A stretch of 44,992 bases of DNA from Octopus bimaculoides. Its lineage: Eukaryota. Under the pieces are notes generated by a model. That model was not told the origin of the DNA, searched no databases, and worked only from the letters and a program-made list of their open reading frames with translations. This document shows, piece by piece, positions 31,965 through 44,817 of this stretch. Position numbers and translations under genes: made by a program. The stretch is from NCBI RefSeq assembly GCF_001194135.2, contig NC_068984.1:59880239-59925230 (forward strand), read 5' to 3'. How positions within the stretch are numbered: position 1 is the first letter of the stretch; each line of letters opens with the position of its first letter.

Positions 31965-34651
31965 ATGTAGATCAAGAAATCACCAACATGTGTCCAAATT
32001 GCAATAGCACTCCTTATATGGTAGCATAATGAATTCTACTAGTCTAAATATATTTCTTGAACCCCTTGTTCATACTGTGCTGTGCCATATAACAGTTGGG
32101 TGATGGTGGTGTTGGGACGCTATGGTGTATTGGGTTGGCCAGCTAGTGTTGGGTATGATATAATGGTACCAAGGTGGAATAGTGGTGTTGGTTTGGCATG
32201 GTAATGTGGGTGTGATAGTAGTATTGGAGTGGTAAGGTGTTGCAGGGGTGATTTTTTAGTGTTGGAGTGGCATGGTGGCACAAGGATGTTGGTTATGACA
32301 TTGAGGTGTTTGGAGGCCTGTTGGTGATGAAGGAGGGGATAGAAGCAACGTTTGTCTTTTATTGGTAGATTAAGCATCAATCATTGTTGTTGCAGGCCTC
32401 AGGTCATTTCACATCAAACAAACCTTTAATTAAGGCATTCCAGTCATGACCATCCTGATTTTTTTTTACTTCTTCAAACTGTGCACCTTGGACAGCTTTA
32501 CCCAATGTATCCTTTCCTTATTTAAAATGTTAAGGTAGAGAATGTGATTTAAGCGGAATTTGGCTGCCATTTATAGCAGGCTGAAGGACCATGTAAAGGT
32601 GCTTTCTTTGACTTGAGATATTGGTGATTAGGAATATACAGAGGAAGAAGGATGCTTATTTCAACTACATATTCTCTCCTTTTTCTTTATCCCAAAATTT
32701 ATGGAGAAGAGGTATAGGAGGAGTGAGGGTGAGAAGAGGATGAAATCTTGGTGTTAGTGTAAGAAGAAAACATTTTAAGTGGAAGTTCTTGCACTTCTTT
32801 TGTCTTTTCTTCTCACCTCTAAATTTAGAGAGAGAGGAGAGAGGTGGAGGAGAGAGAGTGTTAAGGTCAGTAGAGAGAAAAGCAAGAGGTGTGGGCAAGT
32901 GTAGTGCTGGGTGTGTGTGTGGATGCTGGGGGTGGTAGTGGTGGTGGTGGTTTGTATCTGAGAAATATTTGCCACCCAGTGTGCGCCATTTTCTATGACA
33001 AATGGTTTAGGGCACCAGGGACTTTTTCAGCTCCACCCCCACCGACACTTCAAACCCCCCCNNNNNNNNNNNNNNNNNNNNNNNNNNNNNNNNNNNNNNN
33101 NNNNNNNNNNNNNNNNNNNNNNNNNNNNNNNNNNNNNNNNNNNNNNNNNNNNNNNNNNNNNNNNNNNNNNNNNNNNNNNNNNNNNNNNNNNNNNNNNNNN
33201 NNNNNNNNNNNNNNNNNNNNNNNNNNNNNNNNNNNNNNNNNNNNNNNNNNNNNCACACACACACACACATTTACATTTACATTTACTTCTTGAAAGATAA
33301 TGTCAAGACAAATGTATTTATGGTTGATTTGTGTGGTTTCAGGTTGAAAAACTCCTGAGTTGCTTGCTTGAAAAAAAGTAGTGTGATGTTTTTTTTTAAA
33401 ATTTTTACTCTCCCTTTTTTACTCACATAATGCACTCATTTCCACCCCCACCTTCACATTCCAGCCCTGTATAAAAACACCCATTTTTTTTTTTGCTATA
33501 TTCAAACATTAAAACACATATATATATACGTACATACATACATACATACATACATACATACATACACAATGCAGCACATATTTTGTGCATGTCGTTTTAA
33601 CTGCATTACTTGAATGCCTTTATGTTTATATTATATTTGTGTTTGTGTGATTGTACATGTGTGTTTTGTGTGTGCATGTGTCTGTGTTTGTGTGTACATG
33701 TGTTTTTAATATAATTTTACCGTTGTGTCTGATTAATCACTTTGAAAGACAAAAGTCTCTCCTTTACAGTGAAAGATTGGAGCAGAGGAGGAAAGTGAAA
33801 AAAAAAAAAAAAAATTAGAAGGAAAAAAAAAANNNNNNNNNNNNNNNNNNNNNNNNNNNNNNNNNNNNNNNNNNNNNNNNNNNNNNNNNNNNNNNNNNNN
33901 NNNNNNNNNNNNNNNNNNNNNNNNNNNNNNNNNNNNNNNNNNNNNNNNNNNNNNNNNNNNNNNNNNNNNNNNNNNNNNNNNNNNNNNNNNNNNNNNNNNN
34001 NNNNNNNNNNNNNNNNNNNNNNNNNNNNNNNNNNNNNNNNNNNNNNNNNNNNNNNNNNNNNNNNNNNNNNNNNNNNNNNNNNNNNNNNNNNNNNNNNNNN
34101 NNNNNNNNNNNNNNNNNNNNNNNNNNNNNNNNNNNNNNNNNNNNNNNNNNNNNNNNNNNNNNNNNNNNNNNNNNNNNNNNNNNNNNNNNNNNNNNNNNNN
34201 NNNNNNNNNNNNNNNNNNNNNNNNNNNNNNNNNNNNNNNNNNNNNNNNNNNNNNNNNNNNNNNNNNNNNNNNNNNNNNNNNNNNNNNNNNNNNNNNNNNN
34301 NNNNNNNNNNNNNNNNNNNNNNNNNNNNNNNNNNNNNNNNNNNNNNNNNNNNNNNNNNNNNNNNNNNNNNNNNNNNNNNNNNNNNNNNNNNNNNNNNNNN
34401 NNNNNNNNNNNNNNNNNNNNNNNNNNNNNNNNNNNNNNNNNNNNNNNNNNNNNNNNNNNNNNNNNNNNNNNNNNNNNNNNNNNNNNNNNNNNNNNNNNNN
34501 NNNNNNNNNNNNNNNNNNNNNNNNNNNNNNNNNNNNNNNNNNNNNNNNNNNNNNNNNNNNNNNNNNNNNATGATTTAAGGAAGCTTTGGTTGCTGTTTCA
34601 ATCTGGGAGAGTAACCGTGAAAAGCAAGGGTAGGGAATCTCTTGTTTATTA

Positions 34652-35038
34652 CTCTTTTACATGTTTCAGTCATTTGATTGCGGCCATGCTGGAGCACCAC
34701 CTTTAGTCAAAGAAATTGACCCCAGGATTTATTCTTTATAAGCCTTGTACTTATTCTATCGGTCTCTTTTGCTGAACTACTAAGTTTCAGGGACATAAAC
34801 TCACCAATATTGGTTGTCAAGCAATGGTGGGGTGGACAAACACAAACACAAACACATGCACACATAAATATATATACATATGTATATACACACACGATGG
34901 GCTTCTTTCAGTTTCCGTCTACCAAATCCACTCACAAGGCTTTGGTCGGCCTGAAGCTATAGTAAAAGACACTTGCCCAAAGTGCCACACAGTGGGAATG
35001 AACCTGGAACCATGTAGTTGGGAAGCAAGCTTCTTACC
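34652..35038 (-). mobile_element. Family A SINE, full length
   Basis: All modules present. Confidence 0.88.
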
Positions 35039-35514
35039 TGTTAAAAAAATTTTGCTCTCTTTAAATTTGAGCTGCCCATTGATAAAGTTCTCATAAGTGC
35101 CCACACTTTTAACATAATTTAAGTTGCATACTCTCCTCCTCCCTTCTTTTTAATTTTTTTTTTTATGGAAGACCATTCACTGTCTATGCATGTAGATCTC
35201 TCCTTTCTACATCACTGATATTGTCTATAGAAACAGTAAAAACTAGTGCAGTTTGGCACCAATGTTGTTGCACATGTTGCTGTCAGGGCAAAGGGCTAGA
35301 ACAGATACAGTAAGACATATTGTCTAATGTTCTAACAATTCTACTAATCTGTTACCGTGGACTGGCACATTATTTATTTACCCCCAAAGAACGAAAAACA
35401 ATGTTGATTTTGGCTAGATTCGAACTCTGAACACTGAGTACTGGAACAAATACTGCAATGCATTCTATCTAGTGCTCTCACAATTTGGCCAATGTCCCCT
35501 ACTTAGGTGTGTCA

Positions 35515-35782
35515 CAAGCCCCAGAACTCACAAAGCTGGAGCTTAACTTGGTTTCCATGGCATATAAATGAAGTAGATTACATACTCCTCTCCTGATTGG
35601 GATGCCCGTTCATTGCAGGGTTAAATTCTCAGCTATCACTGGAACTTATTTTACAGCTGAGTGAACTGGAGCGATACAAAATGAAGTATCTTACTTAAGA
35701 ACACAGTGAACCACCTGGTCTTGGAATTGAAAAAACGATTTTATGATCATAAATGTAACACCCTAACCATTGTGCTATGTAC
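35515..35782 (-). mobile_element. tRNA/CORE-like SINE with a V-domain-like segment
   Basis: Minus-strand head gcacaatggttagggtg, ctccagttcactcagctg, then ccctgcaatgaacgggcatccc. The V-domain resemblance is from recall. Confidence 0.6.
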
Positions 35783-35887
35783 TTCACAATGCCCCTTACC
35801 TGTAAATGCTTAAATAGCTGGCAGACTATTTACTCCATTAGTTGAGATCTTTTATGCTATATTTTCCATAATAGCTACTTTGACTTA

Positions 35888-36188
35888 TTAACCCTCTTGG
35901 AACACCCAGGCTGATTGATGAGCCCAAGTGATACAAGGTGAAAAGATTTTGAGGCCAATCCATCAGCCTGATGAAACAAACATTTTGAAGTTTAATAGCC
36001 AATCAGAGATTTCTTTCAGTAGATATAATATAAAACTATATATATAGTTTTATATACTAATAAAATAGTTTTAGGTACTTTATCCTTTATCTTCTACATG
36101 CTTCCATCAATTTCAGTCTCAACAGAAAAAAACATTTTGGTCTTTTTGGCTCCACATATCAAAACACTGTGTGTCTCAAAAGGGTTAA
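35888..36188. mobile_element. piggyBac-type MITE (third family)
   Basis: TTAA-ccctcttggaacac ... gtgtctcaaaaggg-TTAA (about 11/14 TIR match). Confidence 0.75.
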
Positions 36189-36228
36189 GGATGCCAACAT
36201 ACCAACTTCAATGTGTATATAGATACAA

Positions 36229-36410
36229 AGGTGACGAGCTGGCATAACTGTTGGCATACCAAGCAAAATGCTTAGTGGCATTTCATCCATGTTTACGTTC
36301 TGAATTCAAATTTCACTGAGGTTGACTATGCCTGCTATCCTTTCAGGATCAATATGAGTACCAAGTGCCCTCCTCCAAATTTGCAGGTCTTGTGCTAAAA
36401 TTTGAAACCA
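36229..36410 (+). mobile_element. Family B SINE
   Basis: ggtgacgagctggcataac...aaatgcttagtggcatttc...aattcaaatttcactgaggttgac. Confidence 0.78.
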
Positions 36411-37508
36411 ATATATATGTAGAGATACATGTGATTTTATATACATGTAAAGATATGGGTAAAAGTCTAATTGAGGAAGAGCTTCTATGTGGTTGCGTGG
36501 TTTGCAAGAAATAGCAGCCAAATCTCCTTCAAATCAAATGCAATCTTCAGAAAATAAAAGGAAATACATACTGGATAAAGTAACCTAAGTGGTCTTAGAA
36601 AAATGTTGTCTTAAAATAAAAAGAAGTTGGGAAGGTGAATATAGGAATGTCTTTGATCATAGAGTAGTCTACTTGATACAAGGCTGGCTTGGAGCACANN
36701 NNNNNNNNNNNNNNNNNNNNNNNNNNNNNNNNNNNNNNNNNNNNNNNNNNNNNNNNNNNNNNNNNNNNNNNNNNNNNNNNNNNNNNNNNNNNNNNNNNNN
36801 NNNNNNNNNNNNNNNNNNNNNNNNNNNNNNNNNNNNNNNNNNNNNNNNNNNNNNNNNNNNNNNNNNNNNNNNNNNNNNNNNNNNNNNNNNNNNNNNNNNN
36901 NNNNNNNNNNNNNNNNNNNNNNNNNNNNNNNNNNNNNNNNNNNNNNNNNNNNNNNNNNNNNNNNNNNNNNNNNNNNNNNNNNNNNNNNNNNNNNNNNNNN
37001 NNNNNNNNNNNNNNNNNNNNNNNNNNNNNNNNNNNNNNNNNNNNNNNNNNNNNNNNNNNNNNNNNNNNNNNNNNNNNNNNNNNNNNNNNNNNNNNNNNNN
37101 NNNNNNNNNNNNNNNNNNNNNNNNNNNNNNNNNNNNNNNNNNNNNNNNNNNNNNNNNNNNNNNNNNNNNNNNNNNNNNNNNNNNNNNNNNNNNNNNNNNN
37201 NNNNNNNNNNNNNNNNNNNNNNNNNNNNNNNNNNNNNNNNNNNNNNNNNNNNNNNNNNNNNNNNNNNNNNNNNNNNNNNNNNNNNNNNNNNNNNNNNNNN
37301 NNNNNNNNNNNNNNNNNNNNNNNNNNNNNNNNNNNNNNNNNNNNNNNNNNNNNNNNNNNNNNNNNNNNNNNNNNNNNNNNNNNNNNNNNNNNNNNNNNNN
37401 NNNNNNNNNNNNNNNNNNNNNNNNNNNNNNNNNNNNNNNNNNNNNNNNNNNNNNNNNNNNNNNNNNNNNNNNNNNNNNNNNNNNNNNNNNNNNNNNNNNN
37501 NNNNNNNN

Positions 37509-37547
<39 letters not shown>

Positions 37548-37810
37548 ATATACATACATGCATATATGCTCACACATATATATGTGTGTGTGTGTTTATA
37601 TATCATCCTTTAATGTCCGTTTTCCATGCTGGCATGCAGTGGATGATAAATATATAAATATATGTATACATATGTATAAATATATGTATACATATATTTT
37701 GAGTTCTATATTTCCTGTTTGCATCACCATACCTATATATATATATTTGGAAATTTGCCTGTTAAAACAATGATTTTATACATACAATACATACATACAT
37801 GCATGTATGT

Positions 37811-37855
<45 letters not shown>

Positions 37856-37999
37856 TATGAAGTTAAAAAAAATTTTTGTTGAGTCTTAGGTCTCAGTGGT
37901 GTATAAGTGACTGAAATCTCAGCATTTGTCCTGAATGGGACATTGGTCCTTTGCAGGGTTCAAACCTAGCAAGTTAATGGGTAGAGGACAAGATGATTA

Positions 38000-38470
38000 C
38001 ATCGTCCGCAGTATTTGACTGGTCCTTTATTTCATTGACCCCGAAGGAATGAAAAGCAACATTGACCTCAGCGGTATTTGAACTCAAAATGCAAAGTGCT
38101 AGTAGAAATGCTGTAAAATATTTTGTTTGACTTGCTTATGGGTCTTACTTATGTATATAATATACAGGACAGACCAAAAGTCTTGCACAAAATCAGTTCA
38201 ATACATTCTGGAACTGTCAAAGACATGCTTCAATTTTTTAAAAATTGAATAAAATAATGATGAATACACATGTACTTGTACATGACAAGCAAAATGAATA
38301 ATAATAATAATAATAATAATAATGATAATAATAATCCTTTCTACTAAAGGCACAAGGCCTGAAATTTTTGGGGAACAGGACTAGTTGATTACATCAACCT
38401 CAGTATTTCACTGGTACTTCATTTATTGACCCTGAAAGGATGAAAGGAAAAGTTGATCTAAGCATGTCGC
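38000..38470 (-). mobile_element. Two family B SINE fragments (38000-38130, 38340-38470)
   Basis: ttcattgacccc..gaaggaatgaaaag and ctggtacttcatttattgaccctgaaaggatgaaagg. Confidence 0.7.
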
Positions 38471-38502
38471 CCAGCATGTTAACATTATGCCAGCTTGCTG
38501 AT

Positions 38503-38560
<58 letters not shown>

Positions 38561-38594
38561 CAATAACAATAATAATAATAATGATGATAATGAT

Positions 38595-39158
38595 GATAAA
38601 TGTCCTGACGCAGTACCAGGCACTGGCTCTCATGGTGTCCGATCTTAACGGATTGAATGTGTTATCATGTACATGTTTTATCTTGGTATAAAAGATGGGC
38701 TACAGCAAATATTCTGCTCAATACCACAGATTTGCTTGTCAGTTGTTTGACCTTGACCAGTTGAACATGTCCCTTGGTGACTGATGATATGTGCATCTCT
38801 GATCACAAGTAGAAGTAGTGGGGGAGCATCATAGCCATGTGTTGAGAGGAATTCTTTGGGGTTTGAATATTTCACCTCTGGAAACATGGGTGTTTCATGC
38901 AACATCCTTAAACAACCCTGTTCAGGGACTTTTTGAGCAGGATTGGTTACTCAACCTGGAGAAAATTCTAACTGGGCTCTACCTGCAAGGTCATGTGCTG
39001 TTTATCTTGATATGAACTTAGCATGTCTCGCACATATAGTTGTGATGCATGTGCCTGGTGTACCTTTATCAGACGGGTAGTCATGATGGGTATAATGGGC
39101 TTCGTATATTTTACCCCAATGTCACTTTGATGGCATGTACTGCTCTCTCACTCAATGA
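38595..39158 (-). repeat. Full-length unclassified ~560-bp element with (ATT)n tail
   Basis: Preceded on + by a long (AAT)n; its right half matches 13690-13922 in reverse complement. Confidence 0.8.
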
Positions 39159-39532
39159 TAATTAAAAAAATACAATCCCTTAAAATTTGAAATTGCCAGA
39201 ATTTGAAATATAAAAACTATAAAGGCTGTGCCTATAATGATTAGTGCATTAGGAACTGTAAGTAAAAATATAGACAAATGGTTGAAAGAAACTGGAATAG
39301 AATGTCCTGTAGAGCTTCTACAGAAAGTTGGGATAGGAAAAGATTATTGGGAGGGTTTTAAACACATGAAAGACTATTGAAAGCTTGTGGATACCTAAGG
39401 TTACAAGTAGTAACCCGCTACCCGCATAAATTCTACCAGGAATAATAATGAATCTGAGTCAAATCATCACTGATAATGATAATAATGAAATATAAATAAA
39501 ATGTCAAGTGTTTTGGTGTGTGACTTTTGGCC

Positions 39533-39716
39533 ATCATCATCATCATCATCATCTCATGTAATGCTTGTTTTCCATGCTGTCATGGGTTGGATGGTTTGAC
39601 ACGAGCTGAAGGGCTATTCAGGCTCCATGTCTGTTTTGGCATGGTTTCTGTGGCTGGATGCCTTTCCTAAACGCTAACCACTCTACAGAGTGTACTAGGT
39701 ACTTTACAAAGTGTAC
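39533..39716 (-). mobile_element. RTE 3' tail
   Basis: (CAT)n..ccatgctgtcatgggttgga...ggctggatgcctttcctaa. Confidence 0.78.
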
Positions 39717-39732
39717 TAAGTGAACCTTAAAA

Positions 39733-39764
<32 letters not shown>

Positions 39765-39814
39765 ATATATATATANNNNNNNNNNATATATATATATATA
39801 TATATATCATGCAT

Positions 39815-39987
39815 CTAGTAAGTGTTTGGCATTAAGAAGGGCATCCAACTGTAGAAACCATGCCAAAGCAGATGTAGAACCTGGTGGAGCCCTCTGGCTC
39901 ATTTGTTCTTGTTAAACCATCCAACCTATGCCAGCATGCAAAAAAAAAAAAAAAAAAAGGAGTTAAATGATGATGATGATGATGATG
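39815..39987 (+). mobile_element. RTE 3' tail, opposite orientation
   Basis: tttggcattaagaagggcatccaactgtagaaacc...ccaacctatgccagcatg..(GAT)n. Confidence 0.8.
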
Positions 39988-40628
39988 TATGATGAAAATG
40001 AGGTCAGAAAAGTTACTCAGAATGGCTAGTGACAGGTGTTCAAATAGCATTCTTGGTTTATTGAAAATATCTCTGCTTCCAGAGAGGGTAGTCCAATTGT
40101 TTACTGGCAGTTGGTATCAACTCCAAATGAGAAGGGGAGATAATTCCAAGAATCAAGAATTCTGCAAAATTGACATGCCTGCAAGGAAAAGATCTGATCA
40201 TTTGAAGATGAGAAGGCAGCTGTGTTTCTGCCTCAGTAGGCATCATCAGCACAATATTTGTTCTATTATCCAGAGTTTGGTGTGATACTAAGGCATATAA
40301 AAAAGAATGTAAAGCACATTTATTGTCTATGTAGTTCACATAAATGGAGCAAAAGTATGTTAAGGAAAATAAAGACCCATGGCATTGCATTTTGACTGCA
40401 AAGACGAATATAGGCATATTAAATAACATACAAGATAAATACTTGTTTATTACCAGTGGAGTGTTTTATTGTATGAATTTCTGTACATTTAAAGCATCAG
40501 ATCAATTATTATTCGAATGGAAAAGGTTTAATTGATTGCATGGATCCAACATATTACTGGTATATATTTTATCTTCCGCCTCCAGTTAGAAATTATGTTT
40601 CTTACAGAACTGTCAAATATAGTGTATA

Positions 40629-40660
<32 letters not shown>

Positions 40661-41140
40661 GACTATGAGTGATGGATAAAGAAGATTTATAAATGTCTTT
40701 TGAATTTACTTTAAGATTTTAATAAAGATGTTTTCACACATTTTGATAACCTGGCATCTGGTCACATGATGTCATGACATGGCAATTCTGCAAACACACT
40801 GGCACACACACACAGACACACAAGCACATACACATGCATACATATGCATTTACACTCACACACACACACATGCAGAGCTATGTGCTGTAGGTTATTGGCT
40901 TCTATGTTAAGAAATGCATTACATGACCTCAGGCATGAAGAAAACTAATTTTCTTGCATGTACTAAAACTCTGCATTCTGCATGTTTAATTGTGCATCTG
41001 TGTATTAATGCTTATATACACATATTAGCACAGCGTGTATCTGAATATGAGCATTGTATTGTTGATAGATATTTATGCATAGAGGCACAATTGGTGTCAG
41101 AATTTAAGTATGTGTGTGTGTATTTCTATATGCCCATACA

Positions 41141-41220
41141 CACACATGCATACATGTATGTATGCAAGCATATAGAAATGCACACATGCATACATGTATG
41201 TATGCAAGCATATAGAAATG
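41141..41220. repeat. Perfect 40-bp tandem duplication
   Basis: cacacatgcatacatgtatgtatgcaagcatatagaaatg x2. Confidence 0.93.
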
Positions 41221-41264
41221 CACATATACACATATACACATATAGAAATGCACATATATATAAG

Positions 41265-41590
41265 TGAAGCTGCATAGCTCAGTAGTTAGCGCATCAGGCT
41301 TACAATTATGAGGTTGTGAGTTCGATTCTGGGACTGGACTGTGTGTTGCATTCTTGAGCAAGACACTTTATTTCATGTTACTCCAGTTCACTCAGCTGTA
41401 GAAATGAGTTGTAACATTGCTGGTGCCAAGCTGCATTGGCCTTTGCCTTGGATAACATCAGTGACATGGAAAGGGGAGCCTGGTATGCATGTGTGACTGC
41501 TGGTCTTCCACAGAACAACCTTATCTAGACTTATATCTCAGAGAGGAACTTTCTAGGTGCAATCCCATGGTCATTCATGACTGAAGGAGG
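41265..41590 (+). mobile_element. tRNA/CORE-like SINE, family D
   Basis: A box tagctcagtagtt, B box gagttcgattc, then ttcttgagcaagacactttatttc..ctccagttcactcagctg and a distinct 3' part. Confidence 0.8.
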
Positions 41591-41617
41591 TTTTTTACTT
41601 TACTTTATATATGTGTT

Positions 41618-41659
<42 letters not shown>

Positions 41660-41694
41660 CAGAGTTGTTAGTGTGTCTGATAGAAGAAGTCTTT

Positions 41695-42010
41695 GCAGTG
41701 TTTGTTCCAACTCTCTATTCTCTGAGCTTAAATCCTGCCAAGGTCAACTTTGTCTTTCATTCTTTTATGGTTGATATAAGTGAACAAGTCCTGTACAGGG
41801 ATGAAATACCCAAGAAGTTTTCCGTCAGTACCAGTCACATGATCTTTCATTTGACTTTAGTTTGCAAATTTACAGAGTTGTTAGACCATAGAGAGTTGGG
41901 ACAAATACTGTAAAATATTTGTTCTGGTCCTCTGTACTTCAAGTTTAAATCTCACTGAGATCAACTTTATGTCTCATTTTCTCAGGATTGATGGAATAAA
42001 ATACTGATCA
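41695..42010 (+). mobile_element. Two degraded tandem family B SINE fragments
   Basis: aaatcctgccaaggtcaactttgtctttcattc and aaatctcactgagatcaacttt. Confidence 0.6.
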
Positions 42011-43149
42011 AAGGCAGTGGATTAGGGGTATTACTAGAACATCAAATGAGATGTCTTGCCGTATCTATTCTGGCTCTTTTTGCCTTCTGAGTTGTTCGGT
42101 AATAAATTGACTTAATTGACCACTGCCCTGTTAAAACCACCATCATCTGGTCCTTGGGGTGCCTTTAGTGAGTTCACCCTGAAACAAGCATTATGACCAT
42201 CTCTCCAATTTGCTGAGGATAACATCTTACCAGCAGTAAAGGGCCATACATACTAAGCATCCTTCCTTCCTTCTTGACTAAGCTGTAAAAAAATAAGCTG
42301 AAACACTTCAGAAGGTGATGACAAAAAAGCTACCATAAGTAATTATCCATTACACCACACAGCTGATAAATTTTGTCTATTATGTATTTTGTTTGTTTTT
42401 CAGAACAGTTTTTTTGTGAAGAAAATTTTTTTCAGTTATATCAATTAACTTAGGGTATAATTAAAACTTTGCTGGCTACATTGCTTTATTGCTTTGTTTG
42501 TTGGCTTGTTTTTATTGCTTGGAATGTGGTAAAAAAATATTGATAATTTCTTACAAGTTATAATTTCAATATGATTTATTACTTTTTTTTCATTTTTTTT
42601 CCCATTTTCCCCCCATTTTTTCCATTTTTTTTTCTTCATTTTTTTTTTTTAACTGTTTTAGTTTGGCTACTCTAAATGTTTGAACTAAATTAATAAGCCA
42701 ACCATTTTCAGTCTTTGTTTACATTTGTCTGTTTGAAATCAACAGCATTGAAGAATATAATTTCTGTATTCATGTCTGGGTATCGTTCATATTTCAAATA
42801 GTTGTTGTAGTTGGTTAAAACAGTTTAAGCATTGCTTAACAAACATAAACGGTGTACTAAATAGTTAAAGAAGGTTGTACAGCATTATATGTTCACTTCT
42901 TTGAGCTTAACAAATATGTACATGTGTGAGTGTGTGTGTTTGTGTGTATGTATGTGTAGGGTGTATTTTTGTGTGCATCCGATTTTATATTTATATATGC
43001 ATGTATCTGTCTAGCTGTTGTAGAACTATATAACAACACATTTGTAAGTTATCAAATATATATTATGTAAATAAGGCTTATGTACACACACACGCACACA
43101 CACACAAAATTTATAAATGTAATATATATAAACATCATATACATAATTA

Positions 43150-43267
43150 TATAAGAATGTGTGTATGTGTGTGTGTGTGCATTTATATATATATGTATAT
43201 ATATATATGTGTATGTATATGTATATATGTATGTATATATATATATGTGTATGTATATGTATATATG

Positions 43268-43342
<75 letters not shown>

Positions 43343-43365
43343 ATATATATGTATATATAGATATC
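43150..43365. repeat. Long (TA)n/(TATG)n microsatellite
   Basis: Read directly from the sequence. Confidence 0.97.
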
Positions 43366-43429
43366 TGTAATATTTAGTGTTATTGTCCAATAATGATTGG
43401 AGAAAAAACAGCAAGACATTTATTGGTGG

Positions 43430-44150
43430 TGTGCTATGAGTGCCAATCAGGCAGTACTTTCATTGGCCACGTCAGCAATTTTGATTTGACTTGCCTCAAC
43501 AGGTCTTTGCAAGCAAAGTTTATTGTCCAATGAATGAAGGGTACTCATAAGTGGGCTGGTTATGCACTAATGTCATAGGCCACTGGTTATGGTCTCACTT
43601 GGCTTGTCGGGTCTTCTCAAGCATAGCATATCTCCAAAGGTCTTGGTTACTAGTCATTACCTCTGTGAGGCCCAATGTTCGAAGGTCGTGCTTCACCACC
43701 TCATCCCAGGTCTTCCTGGGTCTGCCTCTTCCACACTTTTTCCTGGGTCTGCCTCTTCCACACTTTTTCCTGGGTCTGCCTCTTCCACACTTTTTCACAC
43801 AGCTGTCCTCATCCATTCGCAACACATGACCATATCAATGCAGTCATCTCTCTTGCACACCACATCTGATGCTCTTAAGTCCAACTTTTCACTCAGGGCA
43901 CTTACACTCTGTCGTGTATGCACACTGACATTACACATCCAGTGGAGCATACTGGCTTCATTCTTTGCAAGCTTAAGCATGTCCTCAGCAGTAACGGACC
44001 ATGTTTCACTGCCATGTAGCATGGCTGTTTGTACACTTGCGTCATACAGTCTACCTTTTACTCTGATTGAGAGGCCCTTTGTCACCAGCAGAGGTAGGAG
44101 CTCTCTGAACTTTGCCCAGGCTATTCTTATTCTAGCAGCTACACTGTCAA
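43430..44150 (-). pseudogene. RTE-clade LINE ORF2 C-terminus plus proximal 3' UTR
   Basis: KGRLYDASVQTAMLHGSETWSVTAED...NEASMLHWMC..., LRMDEDSCVKKC(GRGRPRK)x3 TWDEVVKHDLRTL..RYAMLEKTRQAK*. One frameshift. Confidence 0.93.
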
Positions 44151-44817
44151 TATATGAAAAATATTAAATACATTTAATACAAAAAATGTACATATATATA
44201 CATATAAGAAGGTCTGACTTACACATAATAGAAATAATATGAAGAATTAAAGGGGTTGAATAGGAGTTTTATGAGTCCAGCAGTTGTTTCTGGGGGCTCT
44301 ACCTGCTCAAGATTAAATCTTTTGAGGACTATGGAATGTATTCTATACAGAGATTATCTGTCTCTCATCTATAAACTATATGTTTTTGGCAGGGTGTTCC
44401 ATGATCAGTGAAGCAATGCATAGGAGAATTAGGTGTGGAATATGTGAATTTACAAGCAGAAAGGAGAAGTGGTTGCTTAGGATGGAAGAATGAAGAAGAA
44501 AAAGAAGAAAGTATATGTTTGTAGGGTGTGGTGGGGAGAGGAAAAGATGGTGGAGACAGTTTTTCTGGTTTGATAAGGTTTGTTGTTGTTTGGGTTCAGT
44601 TGGACATGAATATAAAGCAAAGTGCTATTAAGTGAATTTGTATTGGGGTTCATCCACACCCTACAAATGTATACCTTCTTCTGGTCTTTCTCCACCTTCC
44701 TTTCCTACACAACTACCTTTCTTTCTGTTTACAAACCACAACTAATTTTCATATATCTCACTCCACCCACCAAAGGAACACACTGTCATAAATAATATAT
44801 ATATATATATATATATA

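Noticed and set aside
33020-33061. G-quadruplex-like C-run cluster
   Set aside because: Only two long G-runs on the minus strand, and it is truncated by a gap.
35907-35975. Second hammerhead (ttgatga-gccc..ggt-gaaa)
   Set aside because: Core C is missing, stem II is only 3 weak pairs, and it lies inside a TTAA MITE. It is more simply an internal inverted repeat (caggctga/tcagcctg).
1679-37657. Long ORF-track entries of 140-380 aa
   Set aside because: They are open only because they run through N gaps (1848-2203, 6333-7161, 9086-9777, 17002-17763, 30010-30177, 33062-33253, 33833-34569, 36699-37508).
39989-40535. Overlapping 60-120 aa ORFs and a CADDAY RT-like string on the minus strand
   Set aside because: No recognisable domain. 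The RT resemblance is a few residues with a stop; possible ancient LINE but unsupported.
43589-44167. 192-aa plus-strand ORF with PGSASSTLF repeats
   Set aside because: Antisense shadow of the RTE ORF2 remnant and its 27-bp triplication.
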